A DNA stretch of 36,362 nt from Omnitrophica bacterium RIFCSPLOWO2_01_FULL_45_10b (GTDB lineage: Bacteria; Omnitrophota; Omnitrophia; Omnitrophales; Danuiimicrobiaceae). The position numbers and the translations under genes are program-made. The stretch is taken from positions 61,588 to 97,949 of the forward strand of contig MHFM01000009.1 of assembly GCA_001804205.1 (NCBI GenBank), written 5' to 3'. Numbering within the stretch: position 1 is the stretch's first letter; each line of letters starts with the position of its first letter. The notes under the pieces are model-generated. The model did no database searches. It was not told where the DNA came from and saw nothing but the letters and a program-made list of their open reading frames with translations. Positions 18,327-26,015 of the stretch are shown here, piece by piece.

Positions 18327-18827
18327 ATGCGGATTGCGGGCATTGATCCAGGAACGATTCAGACCGGCGTTGGGATTTTGGAGGATGGCGGTAAGCAGCC
18401 GGTCTTAATTTTTTCAAAAACAATTCATGCGGGCAAAGAAAAATTAATCACCGGCCGGCTTGAAATTATTTTCACCGAATTGAAGTTGATTTTTGAGGAA
18501 TGGAAACCCGAAGTTGTGGCTTTAGAAAATGTATTCTATCAAAAAGATTTCCAAGCGGCCGTGAAAGTGGGCGAAGCCCGCGCGGCGGCCATGCTTGCGG
18601 CGAGCGCCAGCAAAATTCCGGTCGTCGAATATCCGCCGGCGCGTGTGAAACAATCGGTATGCGGAAATGGCCGTGCCGCGAAGGATCAAGTCCAATATAT
18701 GGTGCGAAGCATTCTGCGTTTTCGCGGGCCCCTTACTGCTGATTCAGCCGATGCCATTGCTGTTGCCCTGTGCCACAGCCACTCTAAAAAATTTAACCGC
18801 CTTCAAAAGGATTTGATGCATGTATAG
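18327..18827 (+). CDS. ruvC: Holliday junction resolvase RuvC
   Basis: MRIAGIDPG start, conserved acidic residues, 166 aa. Overlaps the ruvA start. Confidence 0.9.
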   Translation: MRIAGIDPGTIQTGVGILEDGGKQPVLIFSKTIHAGKEKLITGRLEIIFTELKLIFEEWKPEVVALENVFYQKDFQAAVKVGEARAAAMLAASASKIPVVEYPPARVKQSVCGNGRAAKDQVQYMVRSILRFRGPLTADSADAIAVALCHSHSKKFNRLQKDLMHV

Positions 18828-19431
18828 TTTTTTAGCAGGTGTTCTAGCCGAAAAATCGCCGACCGTAATTACGATTGACGTTGGCGGGATCGGCTTTCAA
18901 CTTTTAGTCCCGCTTTCTACTTCACAAAAGCTTCCCGAAGTTGGTGAAAAAGTGAAAGTATTGACTCATCATGTGGTTCGCGAAGATGCCCAGCTTTTGT
19001 TCGGATTTTTAAGCGAAGAAGAGCGGGCCTTATTTAAACTTTTGCTTGGCGTTTCGGGAATTGGGCCTAAATCGGCACTGACGATTCTTTCGGGTTTAGG
19101 AATCCGGGAGTTGAAAAAAGCAATCGTTCAAGGCTCGGTTCTAGCGTTAACTGCGATTCCGGGCATTGGCCGCAAGACCGCAGAGCGCCTTATTATTGAG
19201 TTGCGCGAGAAAATCGTGATCGAAGGCAGGCTTGATCCTGAAGGAATCCCTGTCATTTTGTCCAAACATGAAGCGCTTGCCCAGGATTCTCTGCGCGCTT
19301 TGGTTTCGTTGGGATATAGCAAACAAGATGCGAAGGCAGCCATTCAAAAGGTTTTGTCTCAAAAAGGGAATGATCGTTTAAACGCTGAATCGTTAATTCG
19401 GGAGTCGCTGAAACAAATCCAATATGTCTAA
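18820..19431 (+). CDS. ruvA: Holliday junction branch-migration complex subunit RuvA
   Basis: OB-fold N-terminus, HhH motifs GVSGIGPKSAL and IPGIGRKTAERL, and a C-terminal domain III. Confidence 0.9.
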   Translation: MYSFLAGVLAEKSPTVITIDVGGIGFQLLVPLSTSQKLPEVGEKVKVLTHHVVREDAQLLFGFLSEEERALFKLLLGVSGIGPKSALTILSGLGIRELKKAIVQGSVLALTAIPGIGRKTAERLIIELREKIVIEGRLDPEGIPVILSKHEALAQDSLRALVSLGYSKQDAKAAIQKVLSQKGNDRLNAESLIRESLKQIQYV

Positions 19432-19432
19432 G

Positions 19433-19744
19433 CCCCGTTAGAGATGACGTTGAATCTATTTGAGGGGTCGGGGAGTTTTCCCCGACCCCTCACCCTCGCC
19501 AGCTTCATTACATTGAAGATTCAAGTTCAATGAAGCTGGCAGAGGGTTACCTTAAGGAAATCCTACGCCCGCCAAAGATCGTTGGCGGGCTCAGGATGAG
19601 CCGTCGGGGACAGATTAAAAAGAGCTCCCCGATGGCTCATCTATTTAAACGTGCTTAATTAAGGGAAAAATGCTGCAGAAATTACTTCATCGGTTGAATT
19701 GTAATCTACGGAAACGCCAGAGGTGTTTCCTATCTCTAACGGGG
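19433..19744. mobile_element. 312-bp composite non-autonomous element with CCCCGTTAGAGAT inverted ends, filled with nested palindromes
   Basis: CCCCGTTAGAGAT (19433-19445) and ATCTCTAACGGGG (19732-19744). TAAG is present on both flanks (19429-19432 and 19745-19748). The interior holds the GAGGGGTCGGGG hairpin (19461-19492), a ~17-bp CCCTCGCCAGCTTCATT stem, the CCCGCCAA...TTGGCGGG hairpin and a 16-bp GATGAGCCGTCGGGGA stem. Confidence 0.65.
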
Positions 19745-19754
19745 TAAGCCGGAG

Positions 19755-20774
19755 ATGGAATCGGAAAGATTAGTTACGCAAGTTCTGCGCGAAGAAGACC
19801 TCGAGTTTGACAGTTCGCTTAGGCCCACGCAGTTTAAGGAATTTGTGGGCCAGGATAAAATCAAGGAGAATCTTTCCGTTTATATTGAAGCGGCCAAAAA
19901 ACGCAAGGAGTCGCTTGATCATGTTTTGCTTTTCGGTCCGCCGGGGCTCGGAAAAACTACCCTCGCCCATTTAATTGCAAAAGAAATGAACGCCAACATT
20001 CGAATTACCTCAGGGCCTGTTTTGGAGCGCGCGGGAGATTTGGCCGGTCTTTTGACGAATTTAGAAGAAGGCGATGTTTTATTCATCGATGAAATTCACC
20101 GCTTGTCTCATGTCGTGGAAGAATATTTATATCCCGCGATGGAAGATTATATTTTGGACATCATGATTGATAAAGGGCCAAATGCCCGCTCGGTTCGACT
20201 CAATCTTCCGCGTTTTACATTGGTCGGCGCGACGACTCGAAGCGGTCTTTTGACTTCGCCCCTTCGTTCGCGTTTTGGAATTGTGGAGCGAATTAATTAT
20301 TATTCAGATGAGGAGTTAACCACGATCGTCAGCCGTTCCGCCCGGCTTTTAAAAGTTGAAATTGATTCAAGAGGTGCCCATGAAATCGCTCGTCGCTCGC
20401 GAGGCACACCACGAATTGCCAATCGGCTTCTTAGGCGGGTGCGTGATTTTGCGCAAGTGAAAGCCAATGGTAAAGTGACCGCTGAGGTTGCTGATCAGGC
20501 GCTTAAAATGCTGGAGGTTGATGAAGCCGGCTTGGATCAAATGGATAAACGTATTCTTCAGTATCTTTTGCATGAATGCAGCGGTGGCCCGGTGGGCCTT
20601 AATACGCTTTCGGTTGCCATTGGCGAGGAAAGCGAAACTTTGGAAGAAATTTATGAGCCTTATTTGATTCAAAAAGGATTTTTGAAACGCACTCAATCGG
20701 GCCGCATGCTTACGAAATTGGCATACACTCATTTCGGCGTAGAACCGACAAAACGTCAGAAAGAGCTCTGGTAA
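19755..20774 (+). CDS. ruvB: Holliday junction DNA helicase RuvB
   Basis: Walker [10 protein letters not shown], Walker B FIDEIHRL, and [16 protein letters not shown]. Confidence 0.95.
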   Translation: MESERLVTQVLREEDLEFDSSLRPTQFKEFVGQDKIKENLSVYIEAAKKRKESLDHVLLFGPPGLGKTTLAHLIAKEMNANIRITSGPVLERAGDLAGLLTNLEEGDVLFIDEIHRLSHVVEEYLYPAMEDYILDIMIDKGPNARSVRLNLPRFTLVGATTRSGLLTSPLRSRFGIVERINYYSDEELTTIVSRSARLLKVEIDSRGAHEIARRSRGTPRIANRLLRRVRDFAQVKANGKVTAEVADQALKMLEVDEAGLDQMDKRILQYLLHECSGGPVGLNTLSVAIGEESETLEEIYEPYLIQKGFLKRTQSGRMLTKLAYTHFGVEPTKRQKELW

Positions 20775-20989
20775 TGCCTCATCTAGGCAAGTTATTTATT
20801 ATTTTCGGCGCCAGTTTGATTTTAATAGGCATTCTGTTTCAATTTGTTGGTAAACTACCCGGAATTGGCCGCTTGCCCGGCGACATTTATATTCGAAAAG
20901 GGCCGGTTACTTTTTATTTTCCTATTGTTACTTCTCTCGCCATGAGTTTAATTCTTTCTCTTCTCGTTTCCTTTTTTTGGAGAAAATGA
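20774..20989 (+). CDS. Small membrane protein, DUF2905-like
   Basis: 71 aa with two TMs and an LPGDIYIRKG..TFYFPI motif. In the usual position after ruvB, with an ATGA-type overlap. Confidence 0.6.
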   Translation: MPHLGKLFIIFGASLILIGILFQFVGKLPGIGRLPGDIYIRKGPVTFYFPIVTSLAMSLILSLLVSFFWRK

Positions 20990-20993
20990 TTTC

Positions 20994-21827
20994 ATGCATT
21001 CCTTAATCCTTTGGAAAGCGTTGCTGGAAATCGGATTTATCTGGGTTCTCGTCTATTTTATGATCCGTTTTCTCCAGGGCACCCGTGCTGTCCAAGTTTT
21101 GAGCGGCTTGATCCTGCTTGTGATTTTATTCAATGTCGCAAAAATTTTGGAACTCAGCACGATCAATTGGGTTCTTACCAAATTGTTTGCGGTCGGCGTT
21201 CTTGCCTTTTTGATTCTCTTCCAGCCTGAGCTGCGCCGCGGCTTGGCGCGGATCGGCCAGAATACCATTTTCAATCCCTTTCTCAAAAAAGGCGGAACCG
21301 TCGATGAAGTTGTAGAAGCTTGTCAGCGGATGTCCAAAATGAAGCGCGGCGCTTTGATTGCAATTGAACGCGAAGCAGGGCTTAAAAATTATATCGAAAG
21401 CGGCATTCCTCTTGATGCCAAAATAAGTTCTGAGATTTTGTTGACGATTTTTGCTACCAATACGCCTACCCACGACGGTGCCGTGATCATTGAAGGTGAC
21501 CGGGTGGCTTCGGCGGGTTCGCTTTTTCCATTGAGTCAAAGTCAAACTCTGCCGCGCGCATTAGGGACACGGCATCGCGCCGCAATCGGTTTGACCGAGG
21601 AAACAGACGCGGTTTGTGTTGTTGTTTCAGAGGAAACAGGAGCTATTTCCGTTTCGGTTTATGGGAAACTGACGCGCGATTTGGACGAAGAAGGGCTCCG
21701 GCGCGTCTTAAAGAGTCTTTTTAGGCCTGAGGAACGGGGACGCGCTTTTCTGGATTATGTTCAACAGCGTTTTCGTTTCACCGGCTTCACGAAACGCGAC
21801 AATGGAGAGGAAAAGGCGCCAGAATGA
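20994..21827 (+). CDS. cdaA: Diadenylate cyclase (c-di-AMP synthase), membrane-bound CdaA type
   Basis: Three N-terminal TMs plus DAC domain motifs HDGAVII and GTRHRAAIGLTEETDA. Confidence 0.9.
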   Translation: MHSLILWKALLEIGFIWVLVYFMIRFLQGTRAVQVLSGLILLVILFNVAKILELSTINWVLTKLFAVGVLAFLILFQPELRRGLARIGQNTIFNPFLKKGGTVDEVVEACQRMSKMKRGALIAIEREAGLKNYIESGIPLDAKISSEILLTIFATNTPTHDGAVIIEGDRVASAGSLFPLSQSQTLPRALGTRHRAAIGLTEETDAVCVVVSEETGAISVSVYGKLTRDLDEEGLRRVLKSLFRPEERGRAFLDYVQQRFRFTGFTKRDNGEEKAPE

Positions 21828-21934
21828 TTCCCGTTAGAACTCTGAACTTAACGGAGTTAGTTCAAATGCAAGCAGTTGAAACCGGGCAACAACCGTTATC
21901 ATTAAAACCACCGTTATCTGGAGTTCTAACGGGA
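21828..21934. mobile_element. MITE, copy 2 (107 bp), inserted at the cdaA|cdaR junction
   Basis: TCCCGTTAGAACTC (21829-21842) and GAGTTCTAACGGGA (21921-21934). About 7 mismatches versus copy 1. Flanked by ATGA on both sides. Confidence 0.8.
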
Positions 21935-22878
21935 TGACGCGGTTTCGTTTGAGCTGGCTGATTGAAAATTGGGGCATTAAGCTGATTGCACTCATCCTTG
22001 CCGTCGGCTTTTGGTTTTATGTGGTAAGCGAAGAAAGCATCGAAGCAACCAAAACGATCCCGCTTGCCATTATTTCTCCGAGCAATCAATTGAGAGTTGT
22101 GAAAAGTTCCTCTTCCTTTTTGGAAGTAACATTTCAATCACCTCGGCATTTGTTTTCCGCGTTTTCTTCCGGAAATGTTACGGCGCGCCATAAAATCGAA
22201 GGGATCCAAAAGCCCGGCGATTACTCGTTCAACGTATCGGTGAATGATTTTACGCTTCCGGCGCCTGAAATTAGAGTTGTAAAAATTTTTCCTTCTTTTA
22301 TTACCGTTTCACTTGATGAAGTCATTGTCAAAAAACTTCCCGTTCAAGTGGATTTAGTTGGAGAACCGGCTTATGGGTATCGAGCAGACCAGGAGGCTAT
22401 TGAATTGGATCCAAATGCGGTTTTAGTTGAAGGGCCTAAAGCTGCGCTTGAGAAAATGGATACGATTAAAACAGAGCCTATTCAATTGGTTGGGCGGGTG
22501 CGTTCTTTTCGCCGTACGGTGAAGATTGCCGTGCTTCCGGAAATACGCGTTGTGGGAGATGCCATTACCGAGGTTCAGATTCCCATTAAAGCAGAATTTT
22601 CAGAACGGGAAATTCCGGATGTTCATGTTAAGATCCTTGGCACACCTTCTGCCGATCGTTATGCGCGAGTGGTGACGGATCAAATTGCGATTACCCTAAA
22701 AGGGCCGCAGGCCGTTCTGGATAAACTTGCAGCAACGGATATTTTGGCTTATGTTGAGGTAGAGGGTTTAAAAGAAGGAATTCAAGAGGTACCTGTAAAA
22801 CTCATTTTGCCGCCCGAAGTATCCCTCAAGGAAAAATTTCCACTTGCCTCAGTTGAAGTTAAGAAGCTAAAGTTTTGA
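21934..22878 (+). CDS. cdaR: CdaR (YbbR-domain) regulator of CdaA
   Basis: N-terminal TM followed by repeated YbbR-like beta modules (..V.V....P.G...). Canonical position after cdaA. Confidence 0.75.
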   Translation: MTRFRLSWLIENWGIKLIALILAVGFWFYVVSEESIEATKTIPLAIISPSNQLRVVKSSSSFLEVTFQSPRHLFSAFSSGNVTARHKIEGIQKPGDYSFNVSVNDFTLPAPEIRVVKIFPSFITVSLDEVIVKKLPVQVDLVGEPAYGYRADQEAIELDPNAVLVEGPKAALEKMDTIKTEPIQLVGRVRSFRRTVKIAVLPEIRVVGDAITEVQIPIKAEFSEREIPDVHVKILGTPSADRYARVVTDQIAITLKGPQAVLDKLAATDILAYVEVEGLKEGIQEVPVKLILPPEVSLKEKFPLASVEVKKLKF

Positions 22879-22895
22879 TTGAAGCCTTCTCTTTG

Positions 22896-23627
22896 ATGAA
22901 TTCCAAATCACGTGTTAAGTTGGGTTTAAACATTGATCATGTGGCGACGGTGCGCCAGGCGCGCGGCGGCGAAGAACCTCATTTGATTCAAGCGGCTTTG
23001 GATGGAATCAAAGGAGGAGCTGAGGGGATTACCGTCCATCTCAGGGAAGACAGGCGCCATATCCAGGATCAAGATGTTTTTGAGTTGAGAAAATCTATTT
23101 CAGTCCCGCTTAATCTTGAAATGTCTGTGAACAGCGATATTGTCAAGGTGGCGCGAAAATTAAGGCCTGCCAAAGCTTGTTTGGTTCCGGAACGCCGCAA
23201 AGAATTGACAACCGAAGGTGGATTGGACGTTATCGCCGGGAAACGCCGCATTTCGGAAGCTATCTATCTTCTTCAGGAAAAGGGAGTCATGGTAAGTTTG
23301 TTCGTTGATCCAATACCGGAACAAATACAGGCTGCCTTCGATATCGATTGTGATTTTGTTGAGCTTCACACAGGCTGCTATGCGAATGCGAAGCGTAAAA
23401 AGCGTCCGATCGAACTTAAGCGGTTGCGCGAAGCAGCTCTTTTGGCTCATCGGCTTGGTTTGGGTGTTCATGCTGGCCACGGCCTTAATTACGAGAATGT
23501 TAAAGCGATTGTGAAACTGCCTTTTATGGAGGAGCTCAACATCGGCCATGCGATTGTAAGCCGCGCTATTTTTGTTGGGATGAAAGCGGCGGTTCAAAAA
23601 ATGTGCCGCTTGATTGAAACTGCATGA
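22896..23627 (+). CDS. pdxJ: Pyridoxine 5'-phosphate synthase
   Basis: LGLNIDHVATVRQARG, HLREDRRHI and ELHTG..A motifs. ATG 22896 is preferred over the track's TTG 22875. Confidence 0.9.
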   Translation: MNSKSRVKLGLNIDHVATVRQARGGEEPHLIQAALDGIKGGAEGITVHLREDRRHIQDQDVFELRKSISVPLNLEMSVNSDIVKVARKLRPAKACLVPERRKELTTEGGLDVIAGKRRISEAIYLLQEKGVMVSLFVDPIPEQIQAAFDIDCDFVELHTGCYANAKRKKRPIELKRLREAALLAHRLGLGVHAGHGLNYENVKAIVKLPFMEELNIGHAIVSRAIFVGMKAAVQKMCRLIETA

Positions 23628-23633
23628 AAAAAC

Positions 23634-23761
23634 GTCATCCCCGCGTGTTTTAAGCGGGGATCCAGACTTATAGATTCCCGACACTTTCGGAGAAGAACAT
23701 CAAGTTCTTCCCGAAAAGTGCTCCGCGCATGAGCGCGAGCGTTAAAGATTTCGGGAATGAC
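23634..23761. repeat. GTCAT...ATGAC palindromic element (128 bp)
   Basis: GTCATCCCCGCG...TAAGCGGGGATC at the left and GATTTCGGGAATGAC at the right. Internal stems are GAAGAAC/GTTCTTC and GCTCCGCGC/GCGCGAGC. It overlaps the annotated 5' end of nnrD. Confidence 0.75.
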
Positions 23762-24643
23762 ATAGGATTTTGGACTGTGGATATTAAAAAAGAATTCCGA
23801 AAACAATTCCGTCCGAGACCGCGCGCATCTCATAAAGGAGATTATGGGAGAATCTTCATTTTGGCCGGCTCACGAGGTTTAAGCGGGGCCTGTTATCTGG
23901 CGAGCATGGCGGCATTTCGCTCCGGTGCCGGTTTGGTGACCGTGGGTGTTCCAGAAAGTCTGGTTCCGCCGTTGACAAAGCGCTTAACCGAAGCCATGAT
24001 GAAACCGCTTCCCGAAACGAGACAGGGCACATTAAGTCGGAGCGCGCTGCAGCCCATCCGGAATTTTTTAAAAACCCAGGATATTTTAGCGATAGGGCCC
24101 GGCCTTTCACTTAATCGCCAAACACAAGCTGTCGTGCGCGATACGGTGCTTGGGTCAACGAAACCGGTCGTTCTTGATGCGGATGGCTTAAATGCTTTTA
24201 AAGGTCAGGCCGATTTGTTCCGAAAATGTAAGGTACCTGTTATCGTGACGCCGCATGCCGGAGAATTTGTCCGTCTTTTTGGAACGCCGGTTCCGAAAGG
24301 CGAAAAGCTTCGAAGGCAAAGGGCTGTTGATGTTGCCAAAAAATATCGGGTGATTGTTGTTCTTAAAGGCTATCATACAGTTGTCGCTTCTCCTCAGGGG
24401 AAAGTGTATGTGAATAAAACAGGCAATCCCGGGATGGCAACGGGCGGATCTGGTGATATACTTACAGGCATGATTGCGGCGATGCTGGGCCAAGGTGCGG
24501 CGCCATTTCAAGCTGCGTGTTTCGGCGTTTTGATACACGGCTTAGCCGGTGATATGGCAGCGAAACAAAAAGGTGAAATTTCCATGGTGGCAAGCGATAT
24601 TCTTGGAGCGCTGCCTTCTGCATTTCAACAAATGATTGGGTGA
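23729..24643 (+). CDS. nnrD: ADP-dependent NAD(P)H-hydrate dehydratase (YjeF C-terminal family)
   Basis: HKGDYGRIFILAGS and GNPGMATGGSGD motifs. The first ~11 codons lie in the repeat at 23634-23761, so the real start may be GTG 23777. Confidence 0.8.
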   Translation: MSASVKDFGNDIGFWTVDIKKEFRKQFRPRPRASHKGDYGRIFILAGSRGLSGACYLASMAAFRSGAGLVTVGVPESLVPPLTKRLTEAMMKPLPETRQGTLSRSALQPIRNFLKTQDILAIGPGLSLNRQTQAVVRDTVLGSTKPVVLDADGLNAFKGQADLFRKCKVPVIVTPHAGEFVRLFGTPVPKGEKLRRQRAVDVAKKYRVIVVLKGYHTVVASPQGKVYVNKTGNPGMATGGSGDILTGMIAAMLGQGAAPFQAACFGVLIHGLAGDMAAKQKGEISMVASDILGALPSAFQQMIG

Positions 24644-24657
24644 GGAGGAAATCAATA

Positions 24658-25059
24658 ATGAAAGAAAAAGAATCTTCAAAAAGGCCGCTTATTCTTATCT
24701 TGGATGATGAGAAAGAAATTTTGGAAGCGTTTTCCTATCTGATGAAAGAATTAAATTGCGATACCGAGTTCTGCCCCACCCCCGAAGAAGCGATCGAAGT
24801 GATTCGAAAGGAACCGGATCACTACAGTTTAATCGTGACCGATATTAAGATGCCGACGATGAATGGCATCGAATTCGCTGAAAAGGTGCGCGAGCTTAAT
24901 TCGGAAGTCCCAATTATTTTTATGACGGGCTACCCTTCAGACGAGGTGAAAAGACAGACGCTTAGGTTCAAAAAAGTGGTCTATCTTGAAAAACCTTTTC
25001 ACTTGGTCCCTACATTTGGAGAGTTAATTCCCAAGCTGCTCGGCACCGAAGCAAGTTAA
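24658..25059 (+). CDS. Stand-alone response-regulator receiver domain (CheY-like)
   Basis: Acidic pocket ILDDEKE, phospho-acceptor context LIVTDIKMP, FMTG and EKPF. The AGGAGG SD 8 nt upstream favours ATG 24658 over GTG 24640. Confidence 0.8.
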   Translation: MKEKESSKRPLILILDDEKEILEAFSYLMKELNCDTEFCPTPEEAIEVIRKEPDHYSLIVTDIKMPTMNGIEFAEKVRELNSEVPIIFMTGYPSDEVKRQTLRFKKVVYLEKPFHLVPTFGELIPKLLGTEAS

Positions 25060-25162
25060 AAGCTAACGTTTTCCTCATCCCGCTTAAAAAATCATTCAGG
25101 ACAGCTTTTATAAAATCTGATATATTGTGCTGCGCTTATTAAAAGTACCTAACAAAAGCCGT

Positions 25163-25224
25163 GTCATTCCCACGATCTTTAAGCGGGAATCTATGGATCC
25201 CCGATAAAAGATTTCGGGGATGAC
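25163..25224. repeat. Short (62-bp) GTCAT...ATGAC palindromic element
   Basis: GTCATTCCCACG...TAAGCGGGAATC + GATCCCCGATAAAAGATTTCGGGGATGAC. Both halves match the ends of the element at 23634-23761. Confidence 0.7.
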
Positions 25225-25238
25225 AGTTTGGTTCTATT

Positions 25239-25250
25239 GCTGGCGTAGCT
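25239..25250 (+). pseudogene. 5' fragment of a disrupted tRNA (acceptor strand + start of D arm)
   Basis: GCTGGCG-TA-GCT. GCTGGCG is the perfect complement of CGCCAGC at 25552-25558, and TAGCT matches the tRNA position 8-12 consensus. Confidence 0.45.
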
Positions 25251-25417
25251 TCCGCCACAAAGCGTGGCGAGACCCGTCCAAAACAACGCTTTGCGGACGG
25301 ACCTCGCCGCGTTGTTTGGCGGGCAGGGGCAGAGCAACGGTTTTGCCCCGAGCAAAAACGCTCGGGATCGACCGCGAGGAGTCCTGGGCCGCCGGAGCTG
25401 ATCGGAATAAACTATCT

Positions 25418-25492
25418 GCCGGTGTAGCTCAGGGGTAGAGCAGCTGTTTTGTAAACAGCATGTCGGGGGTTCAAATCCCTCCACCGGCTCCA
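25418..25492 (+). tRNA. tRNA-Thr (anticodon UGU), CCA encoded
   Basis: Acceptor GCCGGTG/CACCGGC, D arm GCTC/GAGC, anticodon arm GCTGT-TTTGTAA-ACAGC, T arm GGGGG-TTCAAAT-CCCTC. Confidence 0.9.
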
Positions 25493-25534
25493 TTGATTTC
25501 TCAGCTCCGGCGGAACACGGATAAACCGTGGGTT

Positions 25535-25559
25535 GGAGGTTCAAGTCCTCTCGCCAGCT
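25535..25559 (+). pseudogene. 3' fragment of the same disrupted tRNA (T arm + acceptor strand)
   Basis: GGAGG-TTCAAGT-CCTCT-CGCCAGC-T. The preceding CACGG-ATAAA-CCGTG hairpin has only a 5-nt loop, so no valid anticodon arm exists. Confidence 0.45.
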
Positions 25560-25560
25560 A

Positions 25561-25668
25561 GTTTAGTGGTTAGTGATCAGTGGTTAGTATTTAGCGAAAA
25601 GCCAAAAAGCGAAATGGTTCTAGCTACTTGCCACTAATCACTAGTCACTAGTTACTAATCACTACTCA
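25561..25668. repeat. Long imperfect hairpin built from tandem heptamers (NNTTAGT x5 / CACTAAT-type x5)
   Basis: Left arm: GTTTAGT GGTTAGT GATCAGT GGTTAGT ATTTAGC. Right arm: CACTAAT CACTAGT CACTAGT TACTAAT CACTACT. The arms are roughly complementary around a ~26-nt loop. Confidence 0.55.
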
Positions 25669-25669
25669 C

Positions 25670-25752
25670 GGGGAGTTACCCAAGTGGACAAAGGGGACAG
25701 ACTGTAAATCTGTTGGCTTCGGCCTTCAGTGGTTCGAATCCACTACTCCCCA
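25670..25752 (+). tRNA. tRNA-Tyr (anticodon GUA), long variable arm, CCA not encoded
   Basis: Acceptor GGGGAGT/ACTCCCC, anticodon arm ACAGA-CTGTAAA-TCTGT, variable arm GGCTTCGGCC, T arm AGTGG-TTCGAAT-CCACT. Confidence 0.9.
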
Positions 25753-26015
25753 TGTTTATGGTGAATGGTTCTCCGCCAAAGGACGGATCCGCCTCCGGTG
25801 GAGAACTCTTTACTTCCAGCTATCTATAGGTAAAATACATTTAATTCTTTTAATGCATGTGCCGAAACAATAGAAACCAAGTGAACGGCGGTCAATTTAA
25901 GATTTTTCCGGAACTTGCTGCATCCTTAAGTTCTGTCTTGCGAACAAGTTAGATAGAAATAAAGGGTGCAAATTCTTTGCGGCAAAGTCCGGCCGGTGAT
26001 TCACAAACTATTTAA

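Noticed and set aside
25191-25544. 117-aa minus-strand ORF.
   Set aside because: It is antisense to tRNA-Thr and to the palindromic hairpin block. It is an artefact of stop-poor, GC-rich repeats.
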